From Eledone cirrhosa (lineage: Eukaryota): DNA of 64,000 nucleotides. The stretch lies in assembly GCA_964016885.1 (NCBI GenBank), contig OZ024744.1:121272001-121336000 (forward strand). The letters are read 5' to 3'. Shown here in pieces: positions 11,946-26,399 of the stretch (its first letter is position 1; every line of letters begins with the position of its first letter). The notes beneath the pieces are model-generated. The model searched no databases. It was not told the DNA's origin and saw only the letters and a list, made by a program, of their open reading frames with translations. A program made the position numbers and the translations under genes.

Positions 11946-14900
11946 TGTGAGATGGTTGGGTCATGTGTTGAGGAAGTATGAAAGTGACTGGGTGAGAGGA
12001 ATAGAGGTACTGATAGATGTTGTGAAGACAGATAGTGTGAGATGGATGGGTCATGTGTTGAGGAAGGATAAAAGTGACTGGGTGAGAGGAATAGAGGTGG
12101 AGATGGATGTTGTGAAGAGAGATAGTGTGAGATGGTTGGGTCATGTGTTGTTGAAGTATGAAAGTGACTGGGTGAGAGGAATAGAAGTAGTGATAGATGT
12201 TGTGAAGACAGATAGTGTGAGATGGTTGTGTCATGTGTTGAGGAAGTATGAAAGTGACTGGGTGAGAGGAATAGAGGTAGTCATGGATGTTGTGAAGAGA
12301 GATAGTGTGAGATGGTTGGGTCATGTGTTGAGGAAGGATTAAAGTGACTGGGTGAGAGCAATAGAGGTAGTGATGGATGTTGTGAAGAGAGATAGTGTGA
12401 GATGGTTGGGTCATGTGTTGAGGAAGGATAAAAGAGACTGGGTGAGAGGAATAGAGGTAGTGATGGATGTTGTAATGGTAGATAGTGTGAGATGGTTGGG
12501 TCATGTGTTGAGGAAGGTTGAATGTGAATGGGTGAGAAGAATAGAGGTTTTGATGGATGTTGTGAAGAGAGATAGTGTGAGATGGTTAGCTCATGTGTTG
12601 AGGAAGGATAAAAGTGACTGGGTGTGAGGAATAGAGGTTGTGATGGATGTTGTGAAGAGAGATAGTGTGAGATGGTTGAGTCATCTGTTGAGGAAGGTTG
12701 AATGTGAATGGGTGAGAGGAACAGAGGTAGTTATGGATGTTGCGAAGAGAGATAGTGTGAGATGGTTGGGTCATGTGTTGAGGAAGAATAAAATGACTGT
12801 GTGAGAGGAATAGAGGTTTTGATGGATGTTGTGAAGAGAGATAGTGTGAGATGGTTGGGTCATGTGTTGAGGAAGTATGAAAGTGACTGGGTGAGGGAAT
12901 AGAGGTAGTGATGGATGTTGTGAAGAGAGGTAGTGTGAGATGGTTGGGTCATGTGTTGAGGAGGGATAAAATTGATTGGGTGAGAGGAATAGAGGTAGTG
13001 ATGGATGTTGTGAAGAGAGATAGTGTGAGATGGTTGGGTCATGTGTTGAGGAAGGATAAAAGTGAGTGGGTGAGAGGAATCGAGGTAGTGATGGATGTTG
13101 TGAAGAGAGATAGAGTGAGATGGTTGGGTCATGTGTTGAGGAAGGTTGAATGTGAATGGGTGAGAGGAACAGAGGTAGTGATGGATGTTGCGAAGAGAGA
13201 TAGTGATGGATGTTGTGAAGAGAGATAGTGTGAGATGGTTGGGTCATGTGTTGAGGAGGGATAAAATTGATTGGGTGAGAGGAATAGAGGTAGTGATGGA
13301 TGTTGTGAAGAGAGATAGTGTGAGATGGTTGGGTCATGTGTTGAGAAAGGATTAAAGTGACTGGGTGAGAGGAATAGAGGTAGTGATGAATGTTGTGAAG
13401 AGAGATAGTGTGGGACGGTTGGGTCATGTGTTGAGGAAGTATGAAAGTGACTGGGTGAGAGGAATCAGAGGTAGTGATGGATGTTGTGAAGAGAGATAGT
13501 GTGAGATGGTTGGGTCATGTGTTGAGGAAGGATAAAAGTGACTGGGTGAGAGGAATAGAGGTAGTGATGGATGTTGTGAAGAGAGATAGTGTGAGATGGT
13601 TGGGTCATGTGTTGAGTAAGGATAAAAGTGACTGGGTGAGAGGAATAGAGGTAGTGACGGATGTTGTGAAGCGAGATAGTGTGAGATGGTTGGGTCATGT
13701 GTTGAGGAAGGATAAAAGTGACTGTGTGAGAGGAATAGAGGTTTTGATGGATGTTGTGAAGAGAGATAGTGTGAGATGGTTGGGTCATGTGTTGAGGAAG
13801 GATAAAAGTGACTGGGTGAGAGGAATAGAGGTAGTGATGGATGTTGCGAAGAGAGATAGTGTGAGATGGTTGGGTCATGTGTTGAGGAAGGATAAAAGTG
13901 ACTGGGTGAGAGGAATAGAGGTTTTGATGGATGTTGTGAAGAGAGATAGTGTGATATGGTTAGCTAATGTGTTGAGGAAGGATAAAAGTGACTGGGTGAG
14001 AGGAATAGAGGTAGTGATGGATGTTGCGAAGAGAGATAGTGTGAGATGGTTGGGTCCTGTGTTGAGGAAGGATGAAAGTGACTGGGTGAGAGGAACAGCG
14101 GTAGTGATGGATGTTGTGAAGAGAGATAGTGTGAGATGGTTGGGTCATGTGTTGAAGAAGGTTAAAAGTGACTGGGTGAGTGGAATAGAGGTAGTGATGA
14201 ATGTTGTGAAGAGAGATAGTGTGGGACGGTTGGGTCATGTTTTGAGGAAGTATGAAAGTGACTGGGTGAGAGGAATCAGAGGTAGTGATGGATGTTGTGA
14301 AGAGAGATAGTGTGGGACGGTTGGGTCATGTGTTGAGGAGGGATAAAATTGATTGGGTGAGAGGAATAGAGGTAGTGATGGATGTTGTGAAGAGAGATAG
14401 TGTGAGATGGTTGGGTCATGTGTTGAGGAAGGATAAAAGTGACTGGGTGAGAGGAATAGAGGTAGTGATGGATGTTGTGAAGAGAGATAGTGTGAGATGG
14501 TTGGGTCATGTGTTCAGGAAGGATAAAAGTGAGTGGGTGAGAGGAATAGAGGTAGTGATTGATGTTGTGAAGAGAGATAGTGTGAGATGGTTGGTTCATG
14601 TGTTGAGGAAGTATAAAAGTGAATGGGTGAGAGGAATAGAGGTAGTGATGGATGTTGTGAAGAGAGATAGTGTGAGATGGTTGGGTCATGTGTTGAGGAA
14701 GGTTGAATGTGAATGGGTGAGAGGAACAGAGGTCGTGATGGATGTTGCGAAGAGAGATAGTGTGAGATGGTTGGGTCATGTGTTGAGGAAGGATAAAAGT
14801 GACTGTGTGAGAGGAATAGAGGTTTTGATGGATGTTGTGAAGAGAGATAGTGTGAGATGGTTGGGTCATGTGTTGAGGAAGGATAAAAGTGACTGGGTGA

Positions 14901-17400
14901 GAGGAATAGAGGTAGTGATGGATGTTGCGAAGAGAGATAGTGTGAGAGGGTTGGGTCATGTGTTGAGGAAGGATAAAAGTGACTGGGTGAGAGGAATAGA
15001 GGTTTTGATGGATGTTGTGAAGAGAGATAGTGTGATATGGTTAGCTAATGTGTTGAGGAAGGATAAAAGTGACTGGGTGAGAGGAATAGAGGTTGTGATG
15101 GATGTTGTGAAGAGAGATAGTGTGAGATGGTTGGGTCATGTGTTGAGGAAGTATGAAAGTGACTGGGTGAGAGGAATAGAGGTACTGATAGATGTTGTGA
15201 AGACAGATAGTGTGAGATGGATGGGTCATGTGTTGAGGAAGGATAAAAGTGACTGGGTGAGAGGAATAGAGGTGGAGATGGATGTTGTGAAGAGAGATAG
15301 TGTGAGATGGTTGGGTCATGTGTTGTTGAAGTATGAAAGTGACTGGGTGAGAGGAATAGAAGTAGTGATAGATGTTGTGAAGACAGATAGTGTGAGATGG
15401 TTGTGTCATGTGTTGAGGAAGTATGAAAGTGACTGGGTGAGAGGAATAGAGGTAGTGATGGATGTTGTGAAGAGAGATAGTGTGAGATGGTTGGGTCATG
15501 TGTTGAGGAAGGATTAAAGTGACTGGGTGAGAGCAATAGAGGTAGTGATGGATGTTGTGAAGAGAGATAGTGTGAGATGGTTGGGTCATGTGTTGAGGAA
15601 GGATAAAAGAGACTGGGTGAGAGGAATAGAGGTAGTGATGGATGTTGTAATGGTAGATAGTGTGAGATGGTTGGGTCATGTGTTGAGGAAGGTTGAATGT
15701 GAATGGGTGAGAAGAATAGAGGTTTTGATGGATGTTGTGAAGAGAGATAGTGTGAGATGGTTAGCTCATGTGTTGAGGAAGGATAAAAGTGACTGGGTGT
15801 GAGGAATAGAGGTTGTGATGGATGTTGTGAAGAGAGATAGTGTGAGATGGTTGAGTCATCTGTTGAGGAAGGTTGAATGTGAATGGGTGAGAGGAACAGA
15901 GGTAGTTATGGATGTTGCGAAGAGAGATAGTGTGAGATGGTTGGGTCATGTGTTGAGGAAGAATAAAATGACTGTGTGAGAGGAATAGAGGTTTTGATGG
16001 ATGTTGTGAAGAGAGATAGTGTGAGATGGTTGGGTCATGTGTTGAGGAAGTATGAAAGTGACTGGGTGAGAGGAATAGAGGTAGAGATGGATGTTGTGAA
16101 GAGAGATAGAGTGAGATGGTTGGGTCATGTGTTGAGGAAGTATGAAAGTGACTGGGTGAGGGAATAGAGGTAGTGATGGATGTTGTCAGGAGAGGTAGTG
16201 TGAGATGGTTGGGTCATGTGTTGAGGAGGGATAAAATTGATTGGGTGAGAGGAATAGAGGTAGTGATGGATGTTGTGAAGAGAGATAGTGTGAGATGGTT
16301 GGGTCATGTGTTGAGGATGGATAAAAGTGAGTGGGTGAGAGGAATCGAGGTAGTGATGGATGTTGTGAAGAGAGATAGAGTGAGATGGTTGGGTCATGTG
16401 TTGAGGAAGGTTGAATGTGAATGGGTGAGAGGAACAGAGGTAGTGATGGATGTTGCGAAGAGAGATAGTGATGGATGTTGTGAAGAGAGATAGTGTGAGA
16501 TGGTTGGGTCATGTGTTGAGGAGGGATAAAATTGATTGGGTGAGAGGAATAGAGGTAGTGATGGATGTTGTGAAGAGAGATAGTGTGAGATGGTTGGGTC
16601 ATGTGTTGAGAAAGGATTAAAGTGACTGGGTGAGAGGAATAGAGGTAGTGATGAATGTTGTGAAGAGAGATAGTGTGGGACGGTTGGGTCATGTGTTGAG
16701 GAAGTATGAAAGTGACTGGGTGAGAGGAATCAGAGGTAGTGATGGATGTTGTGAAGAGAGATAGTGTGAGATGGTTGGGTCATGTGTTGAGGAAGGATAA
16801 AAGTGACTGGGTGAGAGGAATAGAGGTAGTGATGGATGTTGTGAAGAGAGATAGTGTGAGATGGTTGGGTCATGTGTTGAGTAAGGATAAAAGTGACTGG
16901 GTGAGAGGAATAGAGGTAGTGACGGATGTTGTGAAGCGAGATAGTGTGAGATGGTTGGGTCATGTGTTGAGGACGGAAAAAGGTGACTGGGTGAGAGGAA
17001 TAGAGGTAGTGATGGATGTTGCGAAGAGAGATAGTGTGAGATGGTTGGGTCATGTGTTGAGGAAGGATAAAAGTGACTGTGTGAGAGGAATAGAGGTTTT
17101 GATGGATGTTGTGAAGAGAGATAGTGTGAGATGGTTGGGTCATGTGTTGAGGAAGGATAAAAGTGACTGGGTGAGAGGAATAGAGGTAGTGATGGATGTT
17201 GCGAAGAGAGATAGTATGAGATGGTTGGGTCATGTGTTGAGGAAGGATAAAAGTGACTGGGTGAGAGGAATAGAGGTTTTGATGGATGTTGTGAAGAGAG
17301 ATAGTGTGATATGGTTAGCTAATGTGTTGAGGAAGGATAAAAGTGACTGGGTGAGAGGAATAGAGGTAGTGATGGATGTTGCGAAGAGAGATAGTGTGAG
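10860..17400 (+). repeat. Tandem duplication of a roughly 3.2-3.4 kb higher-order unit (35-37 monomers plus a 25-bp remnant)
   Basis: ORF pairs 11110/14285 and 12352/15527 are offset by 3175; 12908/16173 and 13474/16739 by 3265. Shared markers are GATGGATGGGTC, GAGTCATCTG, GGAATCGAGG and the out-of-register junction (13181-13230 and 16446-16495). Confidence 0.9.
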
Positions 17401-17869
17401 ATGGTTGAGTCATGTGTTGAGGAAGGATAAAAGTGACTCGGTGAGAGGAATAGAGGTTTTGATGGATGTTGTGAAGAGAGATAGTGTGATATGGTTAGCT
17501 AATGTGTTGAGGAAGGATAAAAGTGACTGGGTGAGAGGAATAGAGGTTGTGATGGATGTTGTGAAGAGAGATAGTGTGAGATGGTTGGGTCATGTGTTGA
17601 GGAAGTATGAAAGTGACTGGGTGAGAGGAATAGAGGTACTGATAGATGTTGTGAAGACAGATAGTGTGAGATGGTTGGGTCATGTGTTGAGGAAGGATTA
17701 AAGTGACTGGGTGAGAGCAATAGAGGTAGTGATGGATGTTGTGAAGAGAGATAGTGTGAGATGGTTGGGTCATGTGTTGAGGAAGGATAAAAGAGACTGG
17801 GTGAGAGGAATAGAGGTAGTGATGGAAGTTGTAATGGTAGATAGTGTGAGATGGTTGGGTCATGTGTTG

Positions 17870-18410
17870 AGGAAGGTTGAATGTGAATGGGTGAGAAGAA
17901 TAGAGGTTTTGATGGATGTTGTGAAGAGAGATAGTGTGAGATGGTTAGCTCATGTGTTGAGGAAGGATAAAAGTGACTGGGTGTGAGGAATAGAGGTTTT
18001 GATGGATGTTGTGAAGAGAGATAGTGTGAGATGGTTGGGTCATGTGTTGAGGAAGTATGAAAGTGACTGGGTGAGAGGAATAGAGGTAGAGATGGATGTT
18101 GTGAAGAGAGATAGTGTGAGATGGTTGAGTCATGTGTTGAGGAAGGTTGAATGTGAATGGGTGAGAAGAATAGAGGTTTTGATGGATGTTGTGAAGAGAG
18201 ATAGTGTGAGATGGTTAGCTCATGTGTTGAGGAAGGATAAAAGTGACTGGGTGTGAGGAATAGAGGTTTTGATGGATGTTGTGAAGAGAGATAGTGTGAG
18301 ATGGTTGGGTCATGTGTTGAGGAAGTATGAAAGTGACTGGGTGAGAGGAATAGAGGTAGAGATGGATGTTGTGAAGAGAGATAGTGTGAGATGGTTGAGT
18401 CATGTGTTGA
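17870..18410 (+). repeat. Local 3-monomer (270-bp) tandem duplication
   Basis: The triplet VECE-RR-L / AH-DKSD-TGA-L / YESD-E-S is repeated. ORF starts 17999 and 18269 are 270 apart. The corresponding region of the second large copy (about 28.9-29.1 kb) lacks the repeat. Confidence 0.85.
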
Positions 18411-21400
18411 GGAAGGTTGAATGTGAATGGGTGAGAGGAACAGAGGTAGTTATGGATGTTGCGAAGAGAGATAGTGTGAGATGGTTGGGTCATGTGTTGA
18501 GGAAGAATAAAATGACTGTGTGAGAGGAATAGAGGTTTTGATGGATGTTGTGAAGAGAGATAGTGTGAGATGGTTGGGTCATGTGTTGAGGAAGTATGAA
18601 AGTGACTGGGTGAGAGGAATAGAGGTAGAGATGGATGTTGTGAAGAGAGATAGAGTGAGATGGTTGGGTCATGTGTTGAGGAAGTATGAAAGTGACTGGG
18701 TGAGGGAATAGAGGTAGTGATGGATGTTGTGAAGAGAGGTAGTGTGAGATGGTTGGGTCATGTGTTGAGGAGGGATAAAATTGATTGGGTGAGAGGAATA
18801 GAGGTAGTGATGGATGTTGTGAAGAGAGATAGTGTGAGAAGGTTGGGTCATGTGTTGAGGAAGGATAAAAGTGAGTGGGTGAGAGGAATAGAGGTAGTGA
18901 TGGATGTTGTGAAGAGAGATAGAGTGAGATGGTTGGGTCATGAGTTGAGGAAGGTTGAATGTGAATGGGTGAGAGGAACAGAGGTAGTGATGGATGTTGC
19001 GAAGAGAGATAGTGTGAGATGGTTGGGTCATGTGTTGAGGAAGGATAAAAGTGACTGGGTGAGAGGAATAGAGGTAGTGATGGATGTTGTGAAGAGAGAT
19101 AGTGTGAGATGGTTGGGTCATGTGTTGAGGAAGGATAAAAGTGACTGGGTGAGAGGAATAGTGGTAGTGATGGATGTTGTAAAGGGAGATAGTGTGAGAT
19201 GGTTGGGTCATGTGTTGAGGAAGTATGAAAGTGACTGGGTGAGAGGAATAGAGGTAGTGATAGATGTTGTGAAGAGAGATAGTGTGAGATGGTTGGGTCA
19301 TGTGTTGAGGAAGTATGAAAGTGACTGGGTGAGAGGAATAGAGGTAATGATGAATGTTGTGAAGAGAGATAGTGTGAGATGGTTGAGTCATGTGTTGAGG
19401 AAGTATGAAAGTGACTGGGTGAGCGAATAGAGGTAGTGATGGATGTTGTGAAGAGAGATAGTGTGAGATGGTTGGGTCATGTGTTGAGGAGGGATAAAAT
19501 TGATTCGGTGAGAGGAATAGAGGTAGTGTTGGATGTTGTGAAAAGAGATAGTGTGAGATGGTTGGGTCATGTGTTGAGAAAGGATTAAAGTGACTGGGTG
19601 AGAGGAATAGAGGTAGTGATGAATTTTGTGAAGAGAGATAGTGTGGGACGGTTGGGTCATGTGTTGAGGAAGTATGAAAGTGACTGGGTGAGAGGAATCA
19701 GAGGTAGTGATGGATGTTGTGAAGAGAGATAGTGTGAGATGGTTGGGTCATGTGTTGAGGAAGGATAAAAGTGACTGGGTGAGAGGAATAGAGGTAGTGA
19801 TGGATGTTGTGAAGAGAGATAGTGTGAGATCGTTGGGTCATGTGTTGAGTAAGGATAAAAGTGACTGGGTGAGAGGAATAGAGGTAGTGACGGATGTTGT
19901 GAAGCGAGATAGTGTGAGATGGTTGGGTCATGTGTTGAGGACGGAAAAAGGTGACTGGGTGAGAGGAATAGAGGTAGTGATGGATGTTGTGAAGAGAGAT
20001 AGTGTGAGATGGTTGGGTCATGTGTTGAGGAAGGATAAAAGTGAGTGGGTGAGAGGAATAGAGGTAGTGATGGATGTTGTGAAGAGAGATAGTGTGAGAT
20101 GGTTGGGTCATGTGTTGAGGAAGGATAAAAGTGAGTGGGTGAGAGGAATAGAGGTAGTGATGGATGTTGTTAAGAGAGATAGTGTGAGATGGTTGGGTCA
20201 TGTGTTGAGGAAGGTTGAATGTGAATGGGTGAGAGGAACAGAGGTAGTGATGGATGTTGCGAAGAGAGATAGTGTGAGATGGTTGGGTCATGTCTTGAGG
20301 AAGGATAAAAGTGACTGTGTCAGAGGAATAGAGGTTTTGATGGATGTTGTGAAGAGAGATAGTGTGAGATGGTTGGGTCATGTGTTGAGGAAGGATAAAA
20401 GTGACTGGGTGAGAGGAATAGAGGTAGTGATGGATGTTGCGAAGAGAGATAGTGTGAGATGGTTGGGACATGTGTTGAGGAAGGATAAAAGTGACTGGGT
20501 GAGAGGAATAGAGGATTTGATGGATGTTGTGAAGAGAGATAGTGTGAGATGGTTAGCTCATGTGTTGAGGAAGGATAAAAGTGACTGGGTGAGAGGAATA
20601 GAGGTTGTGATGGATGTTGTGAAGAGAGATAGTATGAGATGGTTGAGTCATGTGTTGAGGAAGTATGAAAGTGACTGGGTGAGAGGAATAGAGGTAGTGA
20701 TAGATGTTGTGAAGAGAGATAGTGTGAGATGGTTGGGTCATGTGTTGAGAAAGGATTAAAGTGACTGGGTGAGAGGAATAGAGGTAGTGATGGATGTTGT
20801 GAAGAGAGATAGTATGAGATGTTAGGGTCATGTGTTGAGGAAGGATAAATGTGACTGGGTGAGAGGAATAGTGGTAGTGATGGATGTTGTAAAGGGAGAT
20901 AGTGTGAGATGGTTAGCTCATGTGTTGAGGAAGGATAAAAGTGACTGGGTGAGAAGAATAGAGGTTTTGATGGATGTTGTGAAGAGAGATAGTGTGAGAT
21001 GGTTAGCTCATGTGTTGAGGAAGGATAAAAGTGACTGGGTAAGAGGAATAGAGGTTGTGATGGATGTTGTGAAGAGAGATAGTATGAGATGGTTGGGTCA
21101 TGTGTTGAGGAAGTATGAAAGTGACTGAGTGAGAGGAATAGAGGTAGTGATAGATGTTGTGAAGACAGATAGTGTGAGATGGTTGGGTCATGTGTTGAGG
21201 AAGGATAAAAGTGACTGGGTGAGAGGAATAGAGATGGAGATGGATGTTGTGAAGAGAGATAGTGTGAGATGGTTGGGTCATGTGTTGAGGAAGTATGAAA
21301 GTGACTGGGTGAGAGGAATAGAGGTAGTGATGGATGTTGTGAAGAGAGATAGTGTGAGATCGTTGGGTCATGTGTTGAGGAAGGTTGAATGTGAATGGGT

Positions 21401-24400
21401 GAGAGGAATAAGGTTTTGATGGATGTTGTGAAGAGAGATAGTGTGAGATGGTTAGCTCATGTGTTGAGGAAGGATAAAAGTGACTGGGTGAGAGGAATAG
21501 TGGTAGTGATGGATGTTGTAAAGGGAGATAGTGTGAGATGATTGGGTCATGTGTTGAGGAAGTATGAAAGTGACTGGGTGAGAGGAATAGAGGTAGTGAT
21601 AGATGTTGTGAAGAGAGATAGTGTGAGATGGTTGGGTCATGTGTTGAGGAAGTATGAAAGTGACTGGGTGAGAGGAATAGAGGTAGAGATGGATGTTGTG
21701 AAGAGAGATGGAGTGAGATGGTTGGGTCATGTGTTGAGGAAGTATGAAAGTGACTGGGTGAGGGAATAGAGGTAGTGATGGATGTTGTGAAGAGAGATAG
21801 TGTGAGATGGTTGGGTCATGTGTTGAGGAGGGATAAAATTGATTGGGTGAGAGGAATAGAGGTAGTGATGGATGTTGTGAAGAGAGATAGTGTGAGATGG
21901 TTGGGTCATGTGTTGAGGAAGGATAAAAATGAGTGGGTGAGAGGAACGGAGGTAGTGATGGATGTTGTGAAGAGAGATAATGTGAGATCGTTGGGTCATG
22001 TGTTGAGGAAGGTTGAATGTGAATGGGTGAGAGGAATAGAGGTTTTGATGGATGTTGTGAAGAGAGATAGTGTGAGATGGTTAGCTCATGTGTTGAGGAA
22101 GGATAAAAGTGACTGGGTGAGAGGAATAGAGGTTGTGATGGATGTTGTGAAGCGAGATAGTGTGAGATGGTTGGGTCATGTGTTGAGGAAGTATGAAAGT
22201 GACTGGGTGAGAGGAATAGAGGTAGTGATAGATGTTGTGAAGACAGATAGTGTGAGATGGTTGGGTCATGTGATGAGGAAGGATAAAAGTGACTGGGTGA
22301 GAGGAATAGAGGTAGAGATGGATGTTGTGAAGAGAGATAGTGTGAGATGGTTGGGTCATGTGTTGAGGAAGTATGAAAGTGACTGGGTGAGAGGAATAGA
22401 GGTAGTGATGGATGTTGTGAAGAGAGATAGTGTGAGATGGTTGGGTCATGTGTTGAGGAAGGATAAAAGTGACTGAGTGAGAGGAATAGTGGTAGTGATG
22501 GATGTTGTAAAGGGAGATAGTGTGAGATGGTTGGGTCATGTGTTGAGGAAGTATGAAAGTGACTGGGTGAGAGGAATAGAGGTAGTGATTGATGTTGTGA
22601 AGAGAGACAGTGTGAGATGTTTGGGTCATGTGTTGAGGAAGTATGAAAGTGACTGGGTGAGAGGAATAGAGGTAGAGATGGATGTTGTGAAGAGAGATAG
22701 TGTGAGATGGTTGGGTCATGTGTTGAGGAAGTATGACAGTGACTGGGTGAGGGAATAGAGGTAGTGATGGATGTTGTGAAGAGAGATAGTATGAGATGAT
22801 TGGGTCATGTGTTGAGGAGGGGTAAAATTGATTGGGTGAGAGGAATAGAGGTAGTGATAGATGTTGTGAAGAGAGATAGTGTGAGATGGTTGGGTCATGT
22901 GTTGAGGAAGGTTAAAAGTGACTGGGTGAGTGGAATAGAAGTAGTGATGGATGTTGTGAAGAGAGATAGTGTGGGACGGTAGGGTCATGTGTTGAGGAAG
23001 TATGAAAGTGACTGGGTGAGAGGAATCAGAGGTAGTGATGGATGTTGTGAAGAGACATAGTGTGAGATGGTTGGGTCATGTGTTAAGGAAGGATAAAAGT
23101 GGATGGGTGAGAGGAATAGAGGTAGTGATGGATGTTGTGAAGAGAGATAGTGTGAGATGGTTGGGTCATGTGTTGAGGAAGGATAAAAGTGAGTGGGTGA
23201 GAGGAATAGAGGTAATGATGGATGTTGTGAAGAGAGATAGTGTGGGATGGTTGGGTCATGTGTTGAGGAAGGTTGAATGTGAATGGGTGAGAGGAACAGA
23301 GGTAGTGATCGATGTTGCGAAGAGAGATAGTGTGAGATGGTTGGGTCATGTGTTGAGGAATCTTAAAAGCGACTGGGTGAGAGGAATAGAGTTAGTGATG
23401 GATGTTGCGAAGAGAGATAGTGTGAGATGGTTGGGTCATGTGTTGAGGAAGTATGAAAGCGACTGGGTGAGAGGAATAGAGATAGTGATAGATGTTGTGA
23501 AGACAGATTGTGTGAGATGGTTGGGTCACGTGTTGAGGAAGGATAAAAGTGACTGGGTGAGAGGAATAGAGGTAGAGATGGATGTTGTGAAGAGAGATAG
23601 TGTGAGATGGTTGGGTCATGTGTTGAGGAAGTATGAAAGTGACTGGGTGAGAGGAATAGAGGTAGTGATGGATGTTGTGAAGAGAGATAGTGTGAGATGG
23701 TTGGGTCATGTGTTGAGGAAGTATAAAAGTGACTGGGTGAGAGGAATAGAGGTAGTGATGGATGTTGTGAAGAGAGATAGTGTGAGATGGTTGGGTCCTG
23801 TGTTGAGGAAGGATGAAAGTGACTGGGTGAGAGGAACAGCGGTAGTGATGGATGTTGTGAAGAGAGATAGTGTGAGATGGTTGGGTCATGTGTTGAAGAA
23901 GGTTAAAAGTGACTGGGTGAGTGGAATAGAGGTAGTGATGAATGTTGTGAAGAGAGATAGTGTGGGACGGTTGGGTCATGTTTTGAGGAAGTATGAAAGT
24001 GACTGGGTTAGAGGAATCAGAGGTAGTGATGGATGTTGTGAAGAGAGATAGTGTGGGACGGTTGGGTCATGTGTTGAGGAGGGATAAAATTGATTGGGTG
24101 AGAGGAATAGAGGTAGTGATGGATGTTGTGAAGAGAGATAGTGTGAGATGGTTGGGTCATGTGTTGAGGAAGGATAAAAGTGACTGGGTGAGAGGAATAG
24201 AGGTAGTGATGGATGTTGTGAAGAGAGATAGTGTGAGATGGTTGGGTCATGTGTTGAGGAAGGATAAAAGTGAGTGGGTGAGAGGAATAGAGGTAGTGAT
24301 TGATGTTGTGAAGAGAGATAGTGTGAGATGGTTGGTTCATGTGTTGAGGAAGTATAAAAGTGAATGGGTGAGAGGAATAGAGGTAGTGATGGATGTTGTG

Positions 24401-26399
24401 AAGAGAGATAGTGTGAGATGGTTGGGTCATGTGTTGAGGAAGGTTGAATGTGAATGGGTGAGAGGAACAGAGGTCGTGATGGATGTTGCGAAGAGAGATA
24501 GTGTGAGATGGTTGGGTCATGTGTTGAGGAAGGATAAAAGTGACTGTGTGAGAGGAATAGAGGTTTTGATGGATGTTGTGAAGAGAGATAGTGTGAGATG
24601 GTTGGGTCATGTGTTGAGGAAGGATAAAAGTGACTGGGTGAGAGGAATAGAGGTAGTGATGGATGTTGCGAAGAGAGATAGTGTGAGAGGGTTGGGTCAT
24701 GTGTTGAGGAAGGATAAAAGTGACTGGGTGAGAGGAATAGAGGTTTTGATGGATGTTGTGAAGAGAGATAGTGTGATATGGTTAGCTAATGTGTTGAGGA
24801 AGGATAAAAGTGACTGGGTGAGAGGAATAGAGGTTGTGATGGATGTTGTGAAGAGAGATAGTGTGAGATGGTTGGGTCATGTGTTGAGGAAGTATGAAAG
24901 TGACTGGGTGAGAGGAATAGAGGTACTGATAGATGTTGTGAAGACAGATAGTGTGAGATGGATGGGTCATGTGTTGAGGAAGGATAAAAGTGACTGGGTG
25001 AGAGGAATAGAGGTGGAGATGGATGTTGTGAAGAGAGATAGTGTGAGATGGTTGGGTCATGTGTTGTTGAAGTATGAAAGTGACTGGGTGAGAGGAATAG
25101 AAGTAGTGATAGATGTTGTGAAGACAGATAGTGTGAGATGGTTGTGTCATGTGTTGAGGAAGTATGAAAGTGACTGGGTGAGAGGAATAGAGGTAGTGAT
25201 GGATGTTGTGAAGAGAGATAGTGTGAGATGGTTGGGTCATGTGTTGAGGAAGGATTAAAGTGACTGGGTGAGAGCAATAGAGGTAGTGATGGATGTTGTG
25301 AAGAGAGATAGTGTGAGATGGTTGGGTCATGTGTTGAGGAAGGATAAAAGAGACTGGGTGAGAGGAATAGAGGTAGTGATGGATGTTGTAATGGTAGATA
25401 GTGTGAGATGGTTGGGTCATGTGTTGAGGAAGGTTGAATGTGAATGGGTGAGAAGAATAGAGGTTTTGATGGATGTTGTGAAGAGAGATAGTGTGAGATG
25501 GTTAGCTCATGTGTTGAGGAAGGATAAAAGTGACTGGGTGTGAGGAATAGAGGTTGTGATGGATGTTGTGAAGAGAGATAGTGTGAGATGGTTGAGTCAT
25601 CTGTTGAGGAAGGTTGAATGTGAATGGGTGAGAGGAACAGAGGTAGTTATGGATGTTGCGAAGAGAGATAGTGTGAGATGGTTGGGTCATGTGTTGAGGA
25701 AGAATAAAATGACTGTGTGAGAGGAATAGAGGTTTTGATGGATGTTGTGAAGAGAGATAGTGTGAGATGGTTGGGTCATGTGTTGAGGAAGTATGAAAGT
25801 GACTGGGTGAGAGGAATAGAGGTAGAGATGGATGTTGTGAAGAGAGATAGAGTGAGATGGTTGGGTCATGTGTTGAGGAAGTATGAAAGTGACTGGGTGA
25901 GGGAATAGAGGTAGTGATGGATGTTGTGAAGAGAGGTAGTGTGAGATGGTTGGGTCATGTGTTGAGGAGGGATAAAATTGATTGGGTGAGAGGAATAGAG
26001 GTAGTGATGGATGTTGTGAAGAGAGATAGTGTGAGATGGTTGGGTCATGTGTTGAGGAAGGATAAAAGTGAGTGGGTGAGAGGAATCGAGGTAGTGATGG
26101 ATGTTGTGAAGAGAGATAGAGTGAGATGGTTGGGTCATGTGTTGAGGAAGGTTGAATGTGAATGGGTGAGAGGAACAGAGGTAGTGATGGATGTTGCGAA
26201 GAGAGATAGTGATGGATGTTGTGAAGAGAGATAGTGTGAGATGGTTGGGTCATGTGTTGAGGAGGGATAAAATTGATTGGGTGAGAGGAATAGAGGTAGT
26301 GATGGATGTTGTGAAGAGAGATAGTGTGAGATGGTTGGGTCATGTGTTGAGAAAGGATTAAAGTGACTGGGTGAGAGGAATAGAGGTAGTGATGAATGT

